The notes: generated by a model not told the origin, from the letters alone. A stretch of DNA of 64,000 nt from Polyangiaceae bacterium (GCA_044222475.1 JBGANF010000005.1:32001-96000), one strand, 5' to 3'; positions 43,190 through 52,248 are shown, counted from the first letter of the stretch. A program made the numbers and translations.

Positions 43190-44919
43190 GGGATCGAGGC
43201 TTCGACGACCGCCATCTCGATGGGTGGCGCGCGGTTGGTCTGCAGCCAGAGGCTCTCGAGCTCGGCGCCCCAGCCGTCGGTCTTGTTGCCCTTCACGAGC
43301 GCGTCGACGTACTCGCGCGTCACCGTTTGATACAGGAGGCGCACCTTCACGTGGGTCGCGCCCTGCGGGATGGTGAACGGGACGTTGGCCCAGTGCTGGC
43401 CGTCGGCGTAGGTCGCGCCGACCGCGCCGGCGCCGACGGCGTCGAACGCGGCGTTCGCGAAGCCACGCGGGGGGATCCGGTTGTCCTTCACGACGACGTC
43501 CGCGAGGGACATGTGCGTCGTCGGGCCAGCGGGCAAACCGGTGAGCTTCGCCGCGGCCGGGCTCAGCCCGATCTCCATCTCGAAGATGGTGGTCGGCGCA
43601 CCGCCGAGGTCACCAGTCTGCGGGTCCCAGCGGCCGTGCTCCGCCAAGATGGCGTTGGTCGCATCGGTGAAGATCACGTCGAGGAACACGCGACGTCCCT
43701 CGATGTGACCGGTGGGGAGCTTGTGTCCGCTCTCGTTTTGGACCCTCACCTGGATCTGCGAGCTGGTCTTCGTGAGCGACAGCGTGGCCGCGCGTTGGAG
43801 CATCGACACCGCGTTCGCGTGACCGTTCGCCAGCGCGGCCTGATCGACGTTCGTTCCTTCGCGCAGCGCGACGATGTCGAGGACCCACGCCGAAGCGCCG
43901 GCGAAATCGTGGCGCGCGAGGTCGGGACGACTCGGGGAGAAGATGCACCCTTGGGCCGCCTCGCGCGGCATGTGGCAGTCGGCGCACGTCGAGACGACGC
44001 TGGCACCGGCGCCGCCGAAGCGCCCGCCGAGATCGACGCCGCCCTGTGCGAACGCGGACGCGCGCCACTCCGAGAACGTCCGTTCGAGCGGGAACTGTGC
44101 GGTCGGATCGGGGTTCGACGCCGGCGTCTTCGGCGGATCGTAGGCGTAGCCGCCATCCGTTCGGAGGACGGCGGGGTTGCCGACGTCGTGGCACGTGCCG
44201 CAGAGCTCCGAGCGGCGGTAGAACGGCGAGGCGGTGAACGGGTGCAGCGCACCGGCGTCTTCGTACGGACCGCGGCGCAGCCCCGCCGGGTCGATGACGA
44301 ACTGAGCGTTACCAAAATGGGACGGCGGATCCGCGAGCGCGCCCACGATGAGGTCGTCGCCGTTGGGCGACCCCGATGGCAGCGACGGGTCCACCATGGC
44401 GTGACAGAGGTGGCAGGTGACGCCGTCTCGATCGCGACTGGAGAGCGTCTTTCCGGACGGGTCGCCGGCGTTTCCGGTCATGATCGACACCGGAACGTGG
44501 CAACGGAGACAGTAGTAGCCGACGCCCGGAACGTCCTGGTTCGCGGTCGCGAGCTGGGCGAAGAACAGCGGATCGCGACCGGCGACCGACATGAGGCTCG
44601 CCGACCACGTCGAGAAGGGACCGGCCGGCAACGACTGCGATCCATGGCACGCCGCGCAGTCGCCCGGCCGAAGCAGCGCAGTCGGCGGGAGGTCGCCGAG
44701 CTGGGTCCCCGGCACGTGGAAGTCGCGCAAGTCGATCGGAGCGGCAGCGTCGGCTTCGCCGGTGACGTCGGCGACGTCGCCCGAGTCCGTGATGCGGTCG
44801 TCATTCGCGTCGACGACCACCCCGGCGTCGCTCGGCGGCTCGCCCGGTTGCTCTGCGGAGCAAGCTGCCCAGAGCGCGGCCGCGGAAGTCGCGAGCGCGA
44901 AGAGTAGCGGCCGCTTCAC
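43186..44919 (-). CDS. Pentaheme cytochrome c lipoprotein
   Basis: Lipobox WAA-C; CAACH, CLRCH, CHLCH, CGTCH, CADCH; GHKLPTG..DNRIPPRG C-terminal domain; GTGA overlaps at both ends. Confidence 0.88.
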   Translation of the reverse strand: MKRPLLFALATSAAALWAACSAEQPGEPPSDAGVVVDANDDRITDSGDVADVTGEADAAAPIDLRDFHVPGTQLGDLPPTALLRPGDCAACHGSQSLPAGPFSTWSASLMSVAGRDPLFFAQLATANQDVPGVGYYCLRCHVPVSIMTGNAGDPSGKTLSSRDRDGVTCHLCHAMVDPSLPSGSPNGDDLIVGALADPPSHFGNAQFVIDPAGLRRGPYEDAGALHPFTASPFYRRSELCGTCHDVGNPAVLRTDGGYAYDPPKTPASNPDPTAQFPLERTFSEWRASAFAQGGVDLGGRFGGAGASVVSTCADCHMPREAAQGCIFSPSRPDLARHDFAGASAWVLDIVALREGTNVDQAALANGHANAVSMLQRAATLSLTKTSSQIQVRVQNESGHKLPTGHIEGRRVFLDVIFTDATNAILAEHGRWDPQTGDLGGAPTTIFEMEIGLSPAAAKLTGLPAGPTTHMSLADVVVKDNRIPPRGFANAAFDAVGAGAVGATYADGQHWANVPFTIPQGATHVKVRLLYQTVTREYVDALVKGNKTDGWGAELESLWLQTNRAPPIEMAVVEASIP

Positions 44920-47900
44920 GGACCGACCGGAGCCCCGCGCTGTCCGGGCGCGAGATTCAGGTTCGTCGGAGCGCGGCCGGCGGCCACCGTCTGTGACGCG
45001 CCGGAGAAGATGTCCGGCTTCATCGCGGCGTCGAGCGGCCGCCCGCTCACCGCACCGTGGCATTGCCCGCAGAAGCCGTCGAACAGCGGATGTGGAAACG
45101 CTTCGTGGACGGACTCACCAGGGGTGAACATCAGGTGCTCGTTGATGAAGGGCGCCGGGAGCAACGTGGTCGACATCGGCGTCTGCGGGAGCTCGATCTG
45201 CAGCGGCAACCCGCCGGGGAGCATGTAGCGCGCCGACCCATCCAGCTCGACGGGGACCTCGCCGATGAGCCGGCGTCGCACGTACACCTTGCCGAACGCA
45301 TCGGTGGCGACGTTCGCGCCGCCTTGGTCGAAGCTCGTCACCTCGAGCGGCGGAGGCAGCTCCTCGAAGATGCGGAACGATCGAAGATCGGGATCGAGCC
45401 TCCGACCGGCGGGCGTGTTCTGGAGCATCAACGCGACGATCGTCGGCACGTCGTGCATCGTCACGTCGGCGGTGGTCTTCGACTCATCCATCCCGTATGC
45501 GTTCGGCTCGGTGGGCGCCGACGCATAGACCTTCCGCTTCGGGCGACCGTAGATCGCGACGGCCTCGACGTCGGCCATCCCAGGGACCCCGAGCAGCGGC
45601 GTGCGGGTGCCGGTCGACGTGTCGACGACGACGACGTCGTAGTCCCCTGTGAAGCTCGCAGCGTCACTCGCAGCGGCGAAGCTGACGAGGGCACGACCGT
45701 CGGGGAGCGGCGACGGAGACCCGTAGAACCCTGCCGTTCCGGCGTTCGCCCGACCCGTCGCGGCCGGGTCGACGATGCGCAAGGAGTGCAGGAAGAAGCT
45801 CGGGTTGGGCTGCGTCGGAGACGCGCCACTCGCCAGCGCTGGGTCGAGCGCATAGTCGGCCGGATCGGGGCTCCCGAAGTCCACGCCGATCGTGCGGTTG
45901 AACACGCCGAGCGTGCCACCTCGGTGAGGAACTCCGAGGTCGGCGAAGATCGCGGCGAAGTTCTTGTCGGCGAGCTGTACGACCTGCGACACGGCCCGAT
46001 ACCCGACGCTGCCGCGTTGGCCGAAGAGTGGGTGGTAGTCGCCACCGTCGAGGTTGATGCGCCGAAGCGCGAGCTGATGGAACCCTGGGAGCCGCTTCTC
46101 CACCGTGAAGATCACCCGCCCGTCTGCCATGAAGGCGGGCGCGCGCTCCAAGTCCAGCAAGTAGGTGAGCTGCCTCGTGCGGAGCGAGCCGGGCTGCTTC
46201 GGATCGCTCTCGTGGACGTAGAGGTTGGCGTTGGGCTTCGACGGGTCGGCCGGCGTGCGCTGCGGACCGCTGTAGTCGTACGGTCCGACGTCGAGGTTCC
46301 CGCGCGTCGACGCGAACACGATCGGCGCGACGCCGGCGGCGTCGGGAGGGCCGTAGCTCGGATCGAAATTGTGGACGAGGAGGCCGTTCGCGGTCGCCGG
46401 CGTCGCGTTGATCGCCGCGTGCAGGGCGCACCCGGTCCCATCGGACTTCATCTCGTAGATGCGCAGGGGCTCGCTCGCGCTCGAGCGCGCCGCGAACGCG
46501 ATTCGCGAACCATCCCAAGCGACCGCCGGCCGCCGAATGTCCGCCGTCGCGGTGGATAGACCGCACCCCGCCGTCAGCGATCGTTCGCCGGAGGTGGTGA
46601 GCACTCCCGCCACGTCGAGCTGCGCGTCGGCGATCCGGAGGTCGCTCCCGGGTTGGTAGACGTCGAAGTCCTGGACGCGATCGGGAGCGCTCGTGAGAGC
46701 GCGACGGACGTAGACGATGCCGCTGAGCGGAGCGACCGGGCGCGCCGCGCGCTCTCGGCGCAGCCACTCTCGAAGGATGCAGAACGCAGGTATCACGTCG
46801 AGGCTACCCGCGTCGTAGTCCCATCCCTTCCCGTCGCACGCCGTGGGCACGGCGGCGTCCTTCCCGAGGTCTTCGAAGAGCGGTCCCCCGCGGTGGATGA
46901 TGCCCGTCCCGCCGAGCTCGGGTCGATACAGGTTCTTTCGCACGAGCCGGCTGGCACGGGGGTCGTCGCTCTCGAGCGCGAGCTGAGCGACGCTGAGGTC
47001 GTAGTTCTTGCGAGTCGTCGAGAACGAGAAGCTCCCCGAGGCCCCCCCGCGGAGGCGGTAGTCGTGGAAGCTCGACGCCGAGTGACATTGCAGCTGCATG
47101 CAGCCCTTCCGCACGAGGACGGGCTGCACGCGATGCGCGAAGAACGCAAAGCCGGGGCCGAGGTCGGGCACGACGAGCGGTCCATGCTTCGTCGCCCAGT
47201 TCACGAGAGCGACGAGGTCACCATCGGACGAGCTCTCGAAGACGACTCCACCTTCGTGGAACGAGCCCCCGAACGCGGGTGCGAGCGGACGCCGCACGAG
47301 CTCCGACTGGTCCGGCGTGGCGGCGAGGTACTCGACGGCCGCGAAGTAGTTGTACCGCGCCTGCTCGGGTGTCGTGCCACAGGTGAGGACGAGCTGGTTC
47401 ATCGCGCTGCCGTGACAGCTCCCGGATCCGCAGCGGGCGGCGAGCGGGCCGTTGACGGTGTCGCGGAAGATCGGCCAGTCGGAGGTCGTCGGATCCTTGC
47501 TCGGGTCGAAGCCCGACACCGACGGAACCTGGGTGGAGCACGGCGACGTCGCAGTCGGCCTCGGCCTGAGGCCGGTGTTGTTCTCGGTCGCTCCGTTCTC
47601 GATCCAACGCGCGAGCGTGACGTACGCGCTCGCGCTCGGGTCGAGCACCGAGCCGCCGGTGTGGCGTACGTCGGTCGTGACCACGACGCCGCTCGCGTCG
47701 TACGCGCGGACGTGCAGCTCCTGCTCGGGGAGGACCTTGAAGAGGAAGCTCGGCTGGCGGTACGGACCGTACGTGGCGAGCAGATCGCGCCGCTTGTTCA
47801 AGTTGGCGAAGCTGCTCACGTCGAGGTTGCCGAACGCGTTGCCCTTGTCGTCGGAGACGTGGCACCCCGAGCCCGTCGGCGAGCGCGCGCAGCTCGTCTG

Positions 47901-48029
47901 CAGGATCGGTGAGATGACGCGCTCGAAGTACGTCTCGTCGGGAACGGCCTTGGACGAGCAAGCCGGCAACCCGAAGAAGGCCACCGCGAGGACTGCGATC
48001 GGAACCGAGAGCAGCGGGTTGATGCGCAT
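44916..48029 (-). CDS. Large multiheme lipoprotein with beta-propeller and hydrazine-synthase-alpha-like C-terminal region
   Basis: Lipobox LPA-C; CX8CH, CX4CH, CX4CH and CXXCH; TolB/WD40-like repeats; IGEVPVELDGS..PGG.P..PGE..CGQCH. Confidence 0.75.
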   Translation of the reverse strand: MRINPLLSVPIAVLAVAFFGLPACSSKAVPDETYFERVISPILQTSCARSPTGSGCHVSDDKGNAFGNLDVSSFANLNKRRDLLATYGPYRQPSFLFKVLPEQELHVRAYDASGVVVTTDVRHTGGSVLDPSASAYVTLARWIENGATENNTGLRPRPTATSPCSTQVPSVSGFDPSKDPTTSDWPIFRDTVNGPLAARCGSGSCHGSAMNQLVLTCGTTPEQARYNYFAAVEYLAATPDQSELVRRPLAPAFGGSFHEGGVVFESSSDGDLVALVNWATKHGPLVVPDLGPGFAFFAHRVQPVLVRKGCMQLQCHSASSFHDYRLRGGASGSFSFSTTRKNYDLSVAQLALESDDPRASRLVRKNLYRPELGGTGIIHRGGPLFEDLGKDAAVPTACDGKGWDYDAGSLDVIPAFCILREWLRRERAARPVAPLSGIVYVRRALTSAPDRVQDFDVYQPGSDLRIADAQLDVAGVLTTSGERSLTAGCGLSTATADIRRPAVAWDGSRIAFAARSSASEPLRIYEMKSDGTGCALHAAINATPATANGLLVHNFDPSYGPPDAAGVAPIVFASTRGNLDVGPYDYSGPQRTPADPSKPNANLYVHESDPKQPGSLRTRQLTYLLDLERAPAFMADGRVIFTVEKRLPGFHQLALRRINLDGGDYHPLFGQRGSVGYRAVSQVVQLADKNFAAIFADLGVPHRGGTLGVFNRTIGVDFGSPDPADYALDPALASGASPTQPNPSFFLHSLRIVDPAATGRANAGTAGFYGSPSPLPDGRALVSFAAASDAASFTGDYDVVVVDTSTGTRTPLLGVPGMADVEAVAIYGRPKRKVYASAPTEPNAYGMDESKTTADVTMHDVPTIVALMLQNTPAGRRLDPDLRSFRIFEELPPPLEVTSFDQGGANVATDAFGKVYVRRRLIGEVPVELDGSARYMLPGGLPLQIELPQTPMSTTLLPAPFINEHLMFTPGESVHEAFPHPLFDGFCGQCHGAVSGRPLDAAMKPDIFSGASQTVAAGRAPTNLNLAPGQRGAPVGP

Positions 48030-48076
48030 GGAAGGCACCTCGTGGATCAGGGTGCCCCGATCAGGCGAGATGGGGC

Positions 48077-48090
48077 ATGACCCAGGTCAG
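48077..48090. promoter_or_regulatory. CRP/FNR-type box 7 (ATGAC-CCAG-GTCAG)
   Basis: -10-like CACCCT (minus, 48054-48049) places the centre at -41.5; followed by SD GAGGTG and ATG 48029. Confidence 0.78.
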
Positions 48091-48120
48091 CGCGATATCT
48101 TGCACGTCGCGCGAAGCGGC

Positions 48121-48843
48121 ATGAAACCTGCTCCGCTGGAGGCGATGGATGCCGCACTGCCACTGCTGCGTGCCTCGCGGCTCTTCGGCGCGCTCGACGC
48201 CCAGCACCACGCGGAGTTTGCGCGAACGGCGCGGCGGAGTCGGTACGAGCGTGGCGCCTTCCTCTGGCAGTCAGGCGACCCGGTGCGAGAGTTCACGATC
48301 ATCGTCTCCGGGGTGATCAAGGTGTGCGCACCGATGAGGCAGGGCCCGTCGTCGATCATCGGCATCTTCGGCCCGCGGGAGAGCATCGGCGACTCCGCCG
48401 TGATCCGCGGCCGGGACTACCCCGCCGATGCCATCGCCGCGACCGAGACGACCGAGGTTCTCTGGATCGACAAGGCGATCGTGCTCGAGGCGATGGCGCG
48501 GGATGCGACGGTCGCCAACGCGGTGAATCGATCACTGGCGGAGCACGCCCTGGCGCTGCAGCACAAGATTCGGATCCTCGGCGCGGGCAACATCGAGGCG
48601 CGGCTCGCCACGCTGTTCCTCCACCTCGCCGAGCGCTTCGGCGACGACCTGGACGACGGCGACGTGATGATCCCGCTCGTGTTGTCGCGCACCGACCTCG
48701 CGTGCCTCGTCGGGACGACGCCCGAGACGACGATTCGCGTGCTGAGCCGGTGGCAGAAGAGCGGGATCCTCACCACGACCGACGACGGGTTCCGCATCGG
48801 AGCGATCGATCCGTTGGAACGCCTGGCCGCGACCGAAGACTAG
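48121..48843 (+). CDS. CRP/FNR family regulator (DNR-like), paralog of 29406..30122
   Basis: SGVIKVC, GIFGPRESIGD, HTH LSRTDLACLVGTTPETTIRVLSRW (alternative start 48145). Confidence 0.92.
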   Translation: MKPAPLEAMDAALPLLRASRLFGALDAQHHAEFARTARRSRYERGAFLWQSGDPVREFTIIVSGVIKVCAPMRQGPSSIIGIFGPRESIGDSAVIRGRDYPADAIAATETTEVLWIDKAIVLEAMARDATVANAVNRSLAEHALALQHKIRILGAGNIEARLATLFLHLAERFGDDLDDGDVMIPLVLSRTDLACLVGTTPETTIRVLSRWQKSGILTTTDDGFRIGAIDPLERLAATED

Positions 48844-49613
48844 CCGAACGCCAGCGCGACCGCGGAGATCGAGCACGCTGCGGCGATCGCCCACCCTACT
48901 GGGCGAAGGCGCTGGGGCGGGACGCGCGCGAGCGCGACTCCGCCGGTGAGGAGGCACATCGGGACGACGGCCACGAACGGCGCCAGAGCCACCGTCCCAG
49001 AAAGGTACAACACGGCGCTTCCCAGAAACACCGCGGTCGGGAGCAGCGCGAGCCGCCGTCCCTCGCCGGCGACGAGGCCGCGCACGACGGCCGTTCCGAG
49101 CCCGAATACCGCCGTCCACACCGCGACGGCGGCGAGCGCGTGGGTGGGTGCGACGCCGTCCGCCACCGCGACCGGAAGCGCGAGCGACGCGAGCGCGGCA
49201 GCCGCCACCGTCTCTCCGAGCAAGGTGCGCTCCGCACCACGACGCACCAGCACCGCGACCGCGATCGACAGCGCGACCGGGAGGATGCTCGCTTGGACGC
49301 CGAGCATGCCGGAGAGCGCCAGAGCGATGCCGCCGCTCAGCCCGCACACGCCGATCAACGCGAGCAGCCGTCGCGCGGCGCGGTCGCCGTCCTCGCGTCG
49401 CGCCCGCGTGCCGCGCTGACCGCGCAAGACGAGCCACGGCTCGTGAGCGAGGAAAGCCGCGCAAGCGCTGCACGCGAACGCAAGGCCTGCGGGGGTCGGC
49501 TTCGTCATGGCGAGCGCTGCTACGAGCGGCAGGATCAGCTCGGCCCAGGCTCCGTGCTCGCGTGGAAGAAGGGACCGCGCTTTCGTGGGCGCGCGCCCCA
49601 TCGTCTGCTCCAT
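48840..49613 (-). CDS. YwiC-like membrane protein
   Basis: LPREHGAWA..P signature, multiple TM helices. Confidence 0.8.
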   Translation of the reverse strand: MEQTMGRAPTKARSLLPREHGAWAELILPLVAALAMTKPTPAGLAFACSACAAFLAHEPWLVLRGQRGTRARREDGDRAARRLLALIGVCGLSGGIALALSGMLGVQASILPVALSIAVAVLVRRGAERTLLGETVAAAALASLALPVAVADGVAPTHALAAVAVWTAVFGLGTAVVRGLVAGEGRRLALLPTAVFLGSAVLYLSGTVALAPFVAVVPMCLLTGGVALARVPPQRLRPVGWAIAAACSISAVALAFG

Positions 49614-49649
49614 GCCTGGGACCAAGCAAGCGGCATTCCGGGCGCGGGC

Positions 49650-50333
49650 TCACGCCTCCGGATCGGGTCCGCCCGTGCCCGCGAGCGGCGCTGGCGCGAT
49701 GGCGCCGAGGACCTCGTGCCACGCTCCCTTCGAGCCCGCGACCACGAGCGCTCCCCGCGCCTCGAGCTCTTCCGCGGGGACGCCTCGAAACAGGAGATCG
49801 CGGAACGCTTCGACGTCGCCCGAGACGACGACCGACGGGCTCGGCGCCGGTCGATCTCGCACTCGGAGATACCGCTCGAGAAACGTGAGCGCGAAGGTGC
49901 GAACCGAGTCTCCCGCGATGACGCGAAGCTCGACGGACCGGTGGATCCCGCCGCGGTAGCGGCGCTTGAGCGAAAGAAACGCCCACGCGATGTCGAGCGC
50001 GTCGCCCCGCCGCGGCCGATCGAGCAGCGAGCCGCCGAAGCGACCGAGCTCCATCACGATCGGCTCGAGGCGCGCACCGCTCGCGGTGAGCGCGTACCGC
50101 GTCGCACCGTCGTCGTCGTGCTGCTTCTCGACGAGGCCGGCCCTCTCGAGCGCCTTCATGCGGCTCGCCAGGATGTTCGTCGTGATGCCGGGGAGCTCGG
50201 CCAAGAGCGTCCCGTAACGGCGAGGGCCGAGCAGCAGGTTCCGCACGATCAGGAGCGTCCATCGCCCGCCGAGCAGATCGAGCGCTCGCGCAACGCCGCA
50301 GAACTGTTGGTAACTCCGCTCTCCCGTCGCCAT
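49650..50333 (-). CDS. HxlR-family winged-helix regulator with SCP2-like C-terminus
   Basis: YQQFCGVARALDLLGGRWTLLIVRNLLLGPRRY..LPGI..L..YALT. Confidence 0.88.
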   Translation of the reverse strand: MATGERSYQQFCGVARALDLLGGRWTLLIVRNLLLGPRRYGTLLAELPGITTNILASRMKALERAGLVEKQHDDDGATRYALTASGARLEPIVMELGRFGGSLLDRPRRGDALDIAWAFLSLKRRYRGGIHRSVELRVIAGDSVRTFALTFLERYLRVRDRPAPSPSVVVSGDVEAFRDLLFRGVPAEELEARGALVVAGSKGAWHEVLGAIAPAPLAGTGGPDPEA

Positions 50334-50377
50334 CACTTGCCTATCAGCATATCCAGTACTATTGTTTTTGCAAGTGA
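50333..50377. promoter_or_regulatory. AT-rich divergent promoter with inverted repeat, putative HxlR operator
   Basis: TCACTTGC (50333-50340) and GCAAGTGA (50370-50377) flank an AT-rich spacer. Confidence 0.5.
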
Positions 50378-50378
50378 C

Positions 50379-51128
50379 ATGACCAGCTACTCCGTTGGAA
50401 TTCCCGCCCTCGCCATCCTCACGACGTCTCTCCTCCTCGCCGGCATCTGGCGCGCGTACCGCTCGCCCCGCGCCGTCGCGTGGGCTCTCGCCGCCGCGCT
50501 CGCGTGGTGGTCCGTCAGCGGCGCGCTCGCATCGGCGGGCGTGCTCGCGCGATTCGACGCGAGGCCACCGCCCATCGCGCCGTTCATGGCGAGCGTGCTC
50601 GTGCTGGGGGTCGTGCTCGGCCTCTCACCGGTCGGCCGCCGGCTCGCGACGGCGCTCCCGCTCGGCGTGTTGGTCATCGTCCAGGGCTTCCGATTTCCGC
50701 TCGAGCTCGTCATGCATCGAGCCGCGCTCGACGGGGTGATGCCGAACGCTCTCAGCTACTCGGGCTACAACTTCGACGTCGTCACCGGGGGCTCCGCGCT
50801 CCTCGTCGGCGCGCTCGCGCTCACGAACCGCGCGCCGCGCGCGCTCGTGTGGGCGTGGAACCTCGTCGGCATCGCGGCGCTCGCGATGATCGCCTTCATC
50901 GCCGTCGCCACGTCACCGATGGTGAGGGCGTTCGGCGACGATCAGCTCAACACGTGGGTCGCTCGGGTTCCCTACGTGTGGTTGCCGGCGATCAACGTGG
51001 TCTTCGCGATCGCGGGCCACGTCGTCGTGACACGGAAGCTCCTTGCCGAACGGTCCGCGGGTGCGGATCAGGAGAAGAACCGCCGCTCGGCCTTGGGCGC
51101 GTCCGCCCCGCCGACGATCTCGACGTAA
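50379..51128 (+). CDS. Integral membrane protein, unknown function
   Basis: About 7 TM helices; QGFRFPLEL, GYNFDVVTG, WAWN, PYVWLP..H. Confidence 0.75.
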   Translation: MTSYSVGIPALAILTTSLLLAGIWRAYRSPRAVAWALAAALAWWSVSGALASAGVLARFDARPPPIAPFMASVLVLGVVLGLSPVGRRLATALPLGVLVIVQGFRFPLELVMHRAALDGVMPNALSYSGYNFDVVTGGSALLVGALALTNRAPRALVWAWNLVGIAALAMIAFIAVATSPMVRAFGDDQLNTWVARVPYVWLPAINVVFAIAGHVVVTRKLLAERSAGADQEKNRRSALGASAPPTIST

Positions 51129-52222
51129 GGGCGCCCCGGATCGCGCCGCGGGAACGCGAAGCTCCCGGTGTTCGCGTACGTCGCTTCGTCGGCTGCGACG
51201 TGGGCGTGCCCGAAGACGACGAGCTTCGCGTTCGTCGCGCTCGCGAGCTTCGCGCCGGCGTCGGCGAGGCGCGCACGAACGTCACCGCCGTAGCGATCGT
51301 GCCCGAGCGCCCAGCTCGTTGCGAGCGCGAGAGCGCCGAGCGCGACGAGTCCGCCTCCGACCGATCGCTTGCCAGTCGCGAGGAGCCCGAGGCCGGCCAC
51401 GATCGACACCGTGCCGGCGACGCGATCGAGGTACAGCCGCGCGACCGTCCCACGAAGGGACGTCATCGTCGGCGTCGCGGCGTGCCCGAGGATCGACTCG
51501 GCGAGGGCTCGATCGGCGCCGACCTCGGCGCTGAAATCGTCGAGAAGCGCCTCTCCGTGCGCGCGCTCTTCCGCCCCGCGGAAGAACGGCCCCGCCTTCG
51601 CGAGCGCGAGCGCGACCGCGTAGAAGTATCGCCCGACGACGTACGGCCCGCGCGGCCCGTACATCGTGAACGCGCTGAGGAAGAGCCCGAGCGGCGTCTC
51701 CTCGTTCTTGTTGAGGTACGCGAACGCGCCAGTGGGTGCGATGAACTCCTCGACGAAGTGGACGCCGAGGCTCCCCTTCGGGATCACGAGAGGGTGCGCC
51801 GGCGCGTTGTCGGGATCGTAGAGGTGCCCGTGCTCGACGTGGAGCGCGCCGTCGCGGAAGAACCACGGCGTCGTCGCGATGCGAGAACGCGCCGCGCCGC
51901 GCAGATCGAGCGCATCGGCGATGCGCCGCGCGGCCCCTTCGCCGCCGAGCTCGGGATCGTGGTTGCCGGCGACGAAGCGGAGCTCCCCTCCCCGGTCGAC
52001 GTGCTCGGCGAGCGCGCGCCGCAGCTCGGGTCGCGAGCCGAACCCCTCCTCGACCGCGCGCGACGACGGAACCCGCGGCGTCTCCGCCGAGAGGTCGAAG
52101 AAGTCGCCGACGAACACCATGCGGGCGCCGGGGCTCTGGCGCACGAGGCGCGCCAGGTCGTCTTCGACCGCACGCGGCGTGTGCGACGAGAGGTGCAGAT
52201 CGCCGAGCGCGAGGGTGCGCAT
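51068..52222 (-). CDS. Metallophosphoesterase
   Basis: GDLH, VGDFFD, AGNHD, EHGH, FGHAH, YANTGS. Confidence 0.88.
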   Translation of the reverse strand: MRTLALGDLHLSSHTPRAVEDDLARLVRQSPGARMVFVGDFFDLSAETPRVPSSRAVEEGFGSRPELRRALAEHVDRGGELRFVAGNHDPELGGEGAARRIADALDLRGAARSRIATTPWFFRDGALHVEHGHLYDPDNAPAHPLVIPKGSLGVHFVEEFIAPTGAFAYLNKNEETPLGLFLSAFTMYGPRGPYVVGRYFYAVALALAKAGPFFRGAEERAHGEALLDDFSAEVGADRALAESILGHAATPTMTSLRGTVARLYLDRVAGTVSIVAGLGLLATGKRSVGGGLVALGALALATSWALGHDRYGGDVRARLADAGAKLASATNAKLVVFGHAHVAADEATYANTGSFAFPRRDPGRPYVEIVGGADAPKAERRFFS

Positions 52223-52248
52223 CGCGCTCGTATAGCACGCCGAACCCC

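Noticed and set aside
44916..48029. Anammox hydrazine synthase, with the B12 radical SAM lipid operon as ladderane synthesis
   Set aside because: No hzsB/hzsC, hdh/hao or FabF/FabZ-type ladderane genes, and the context is myxobacterial. Only domain-level resemblance is supportable.
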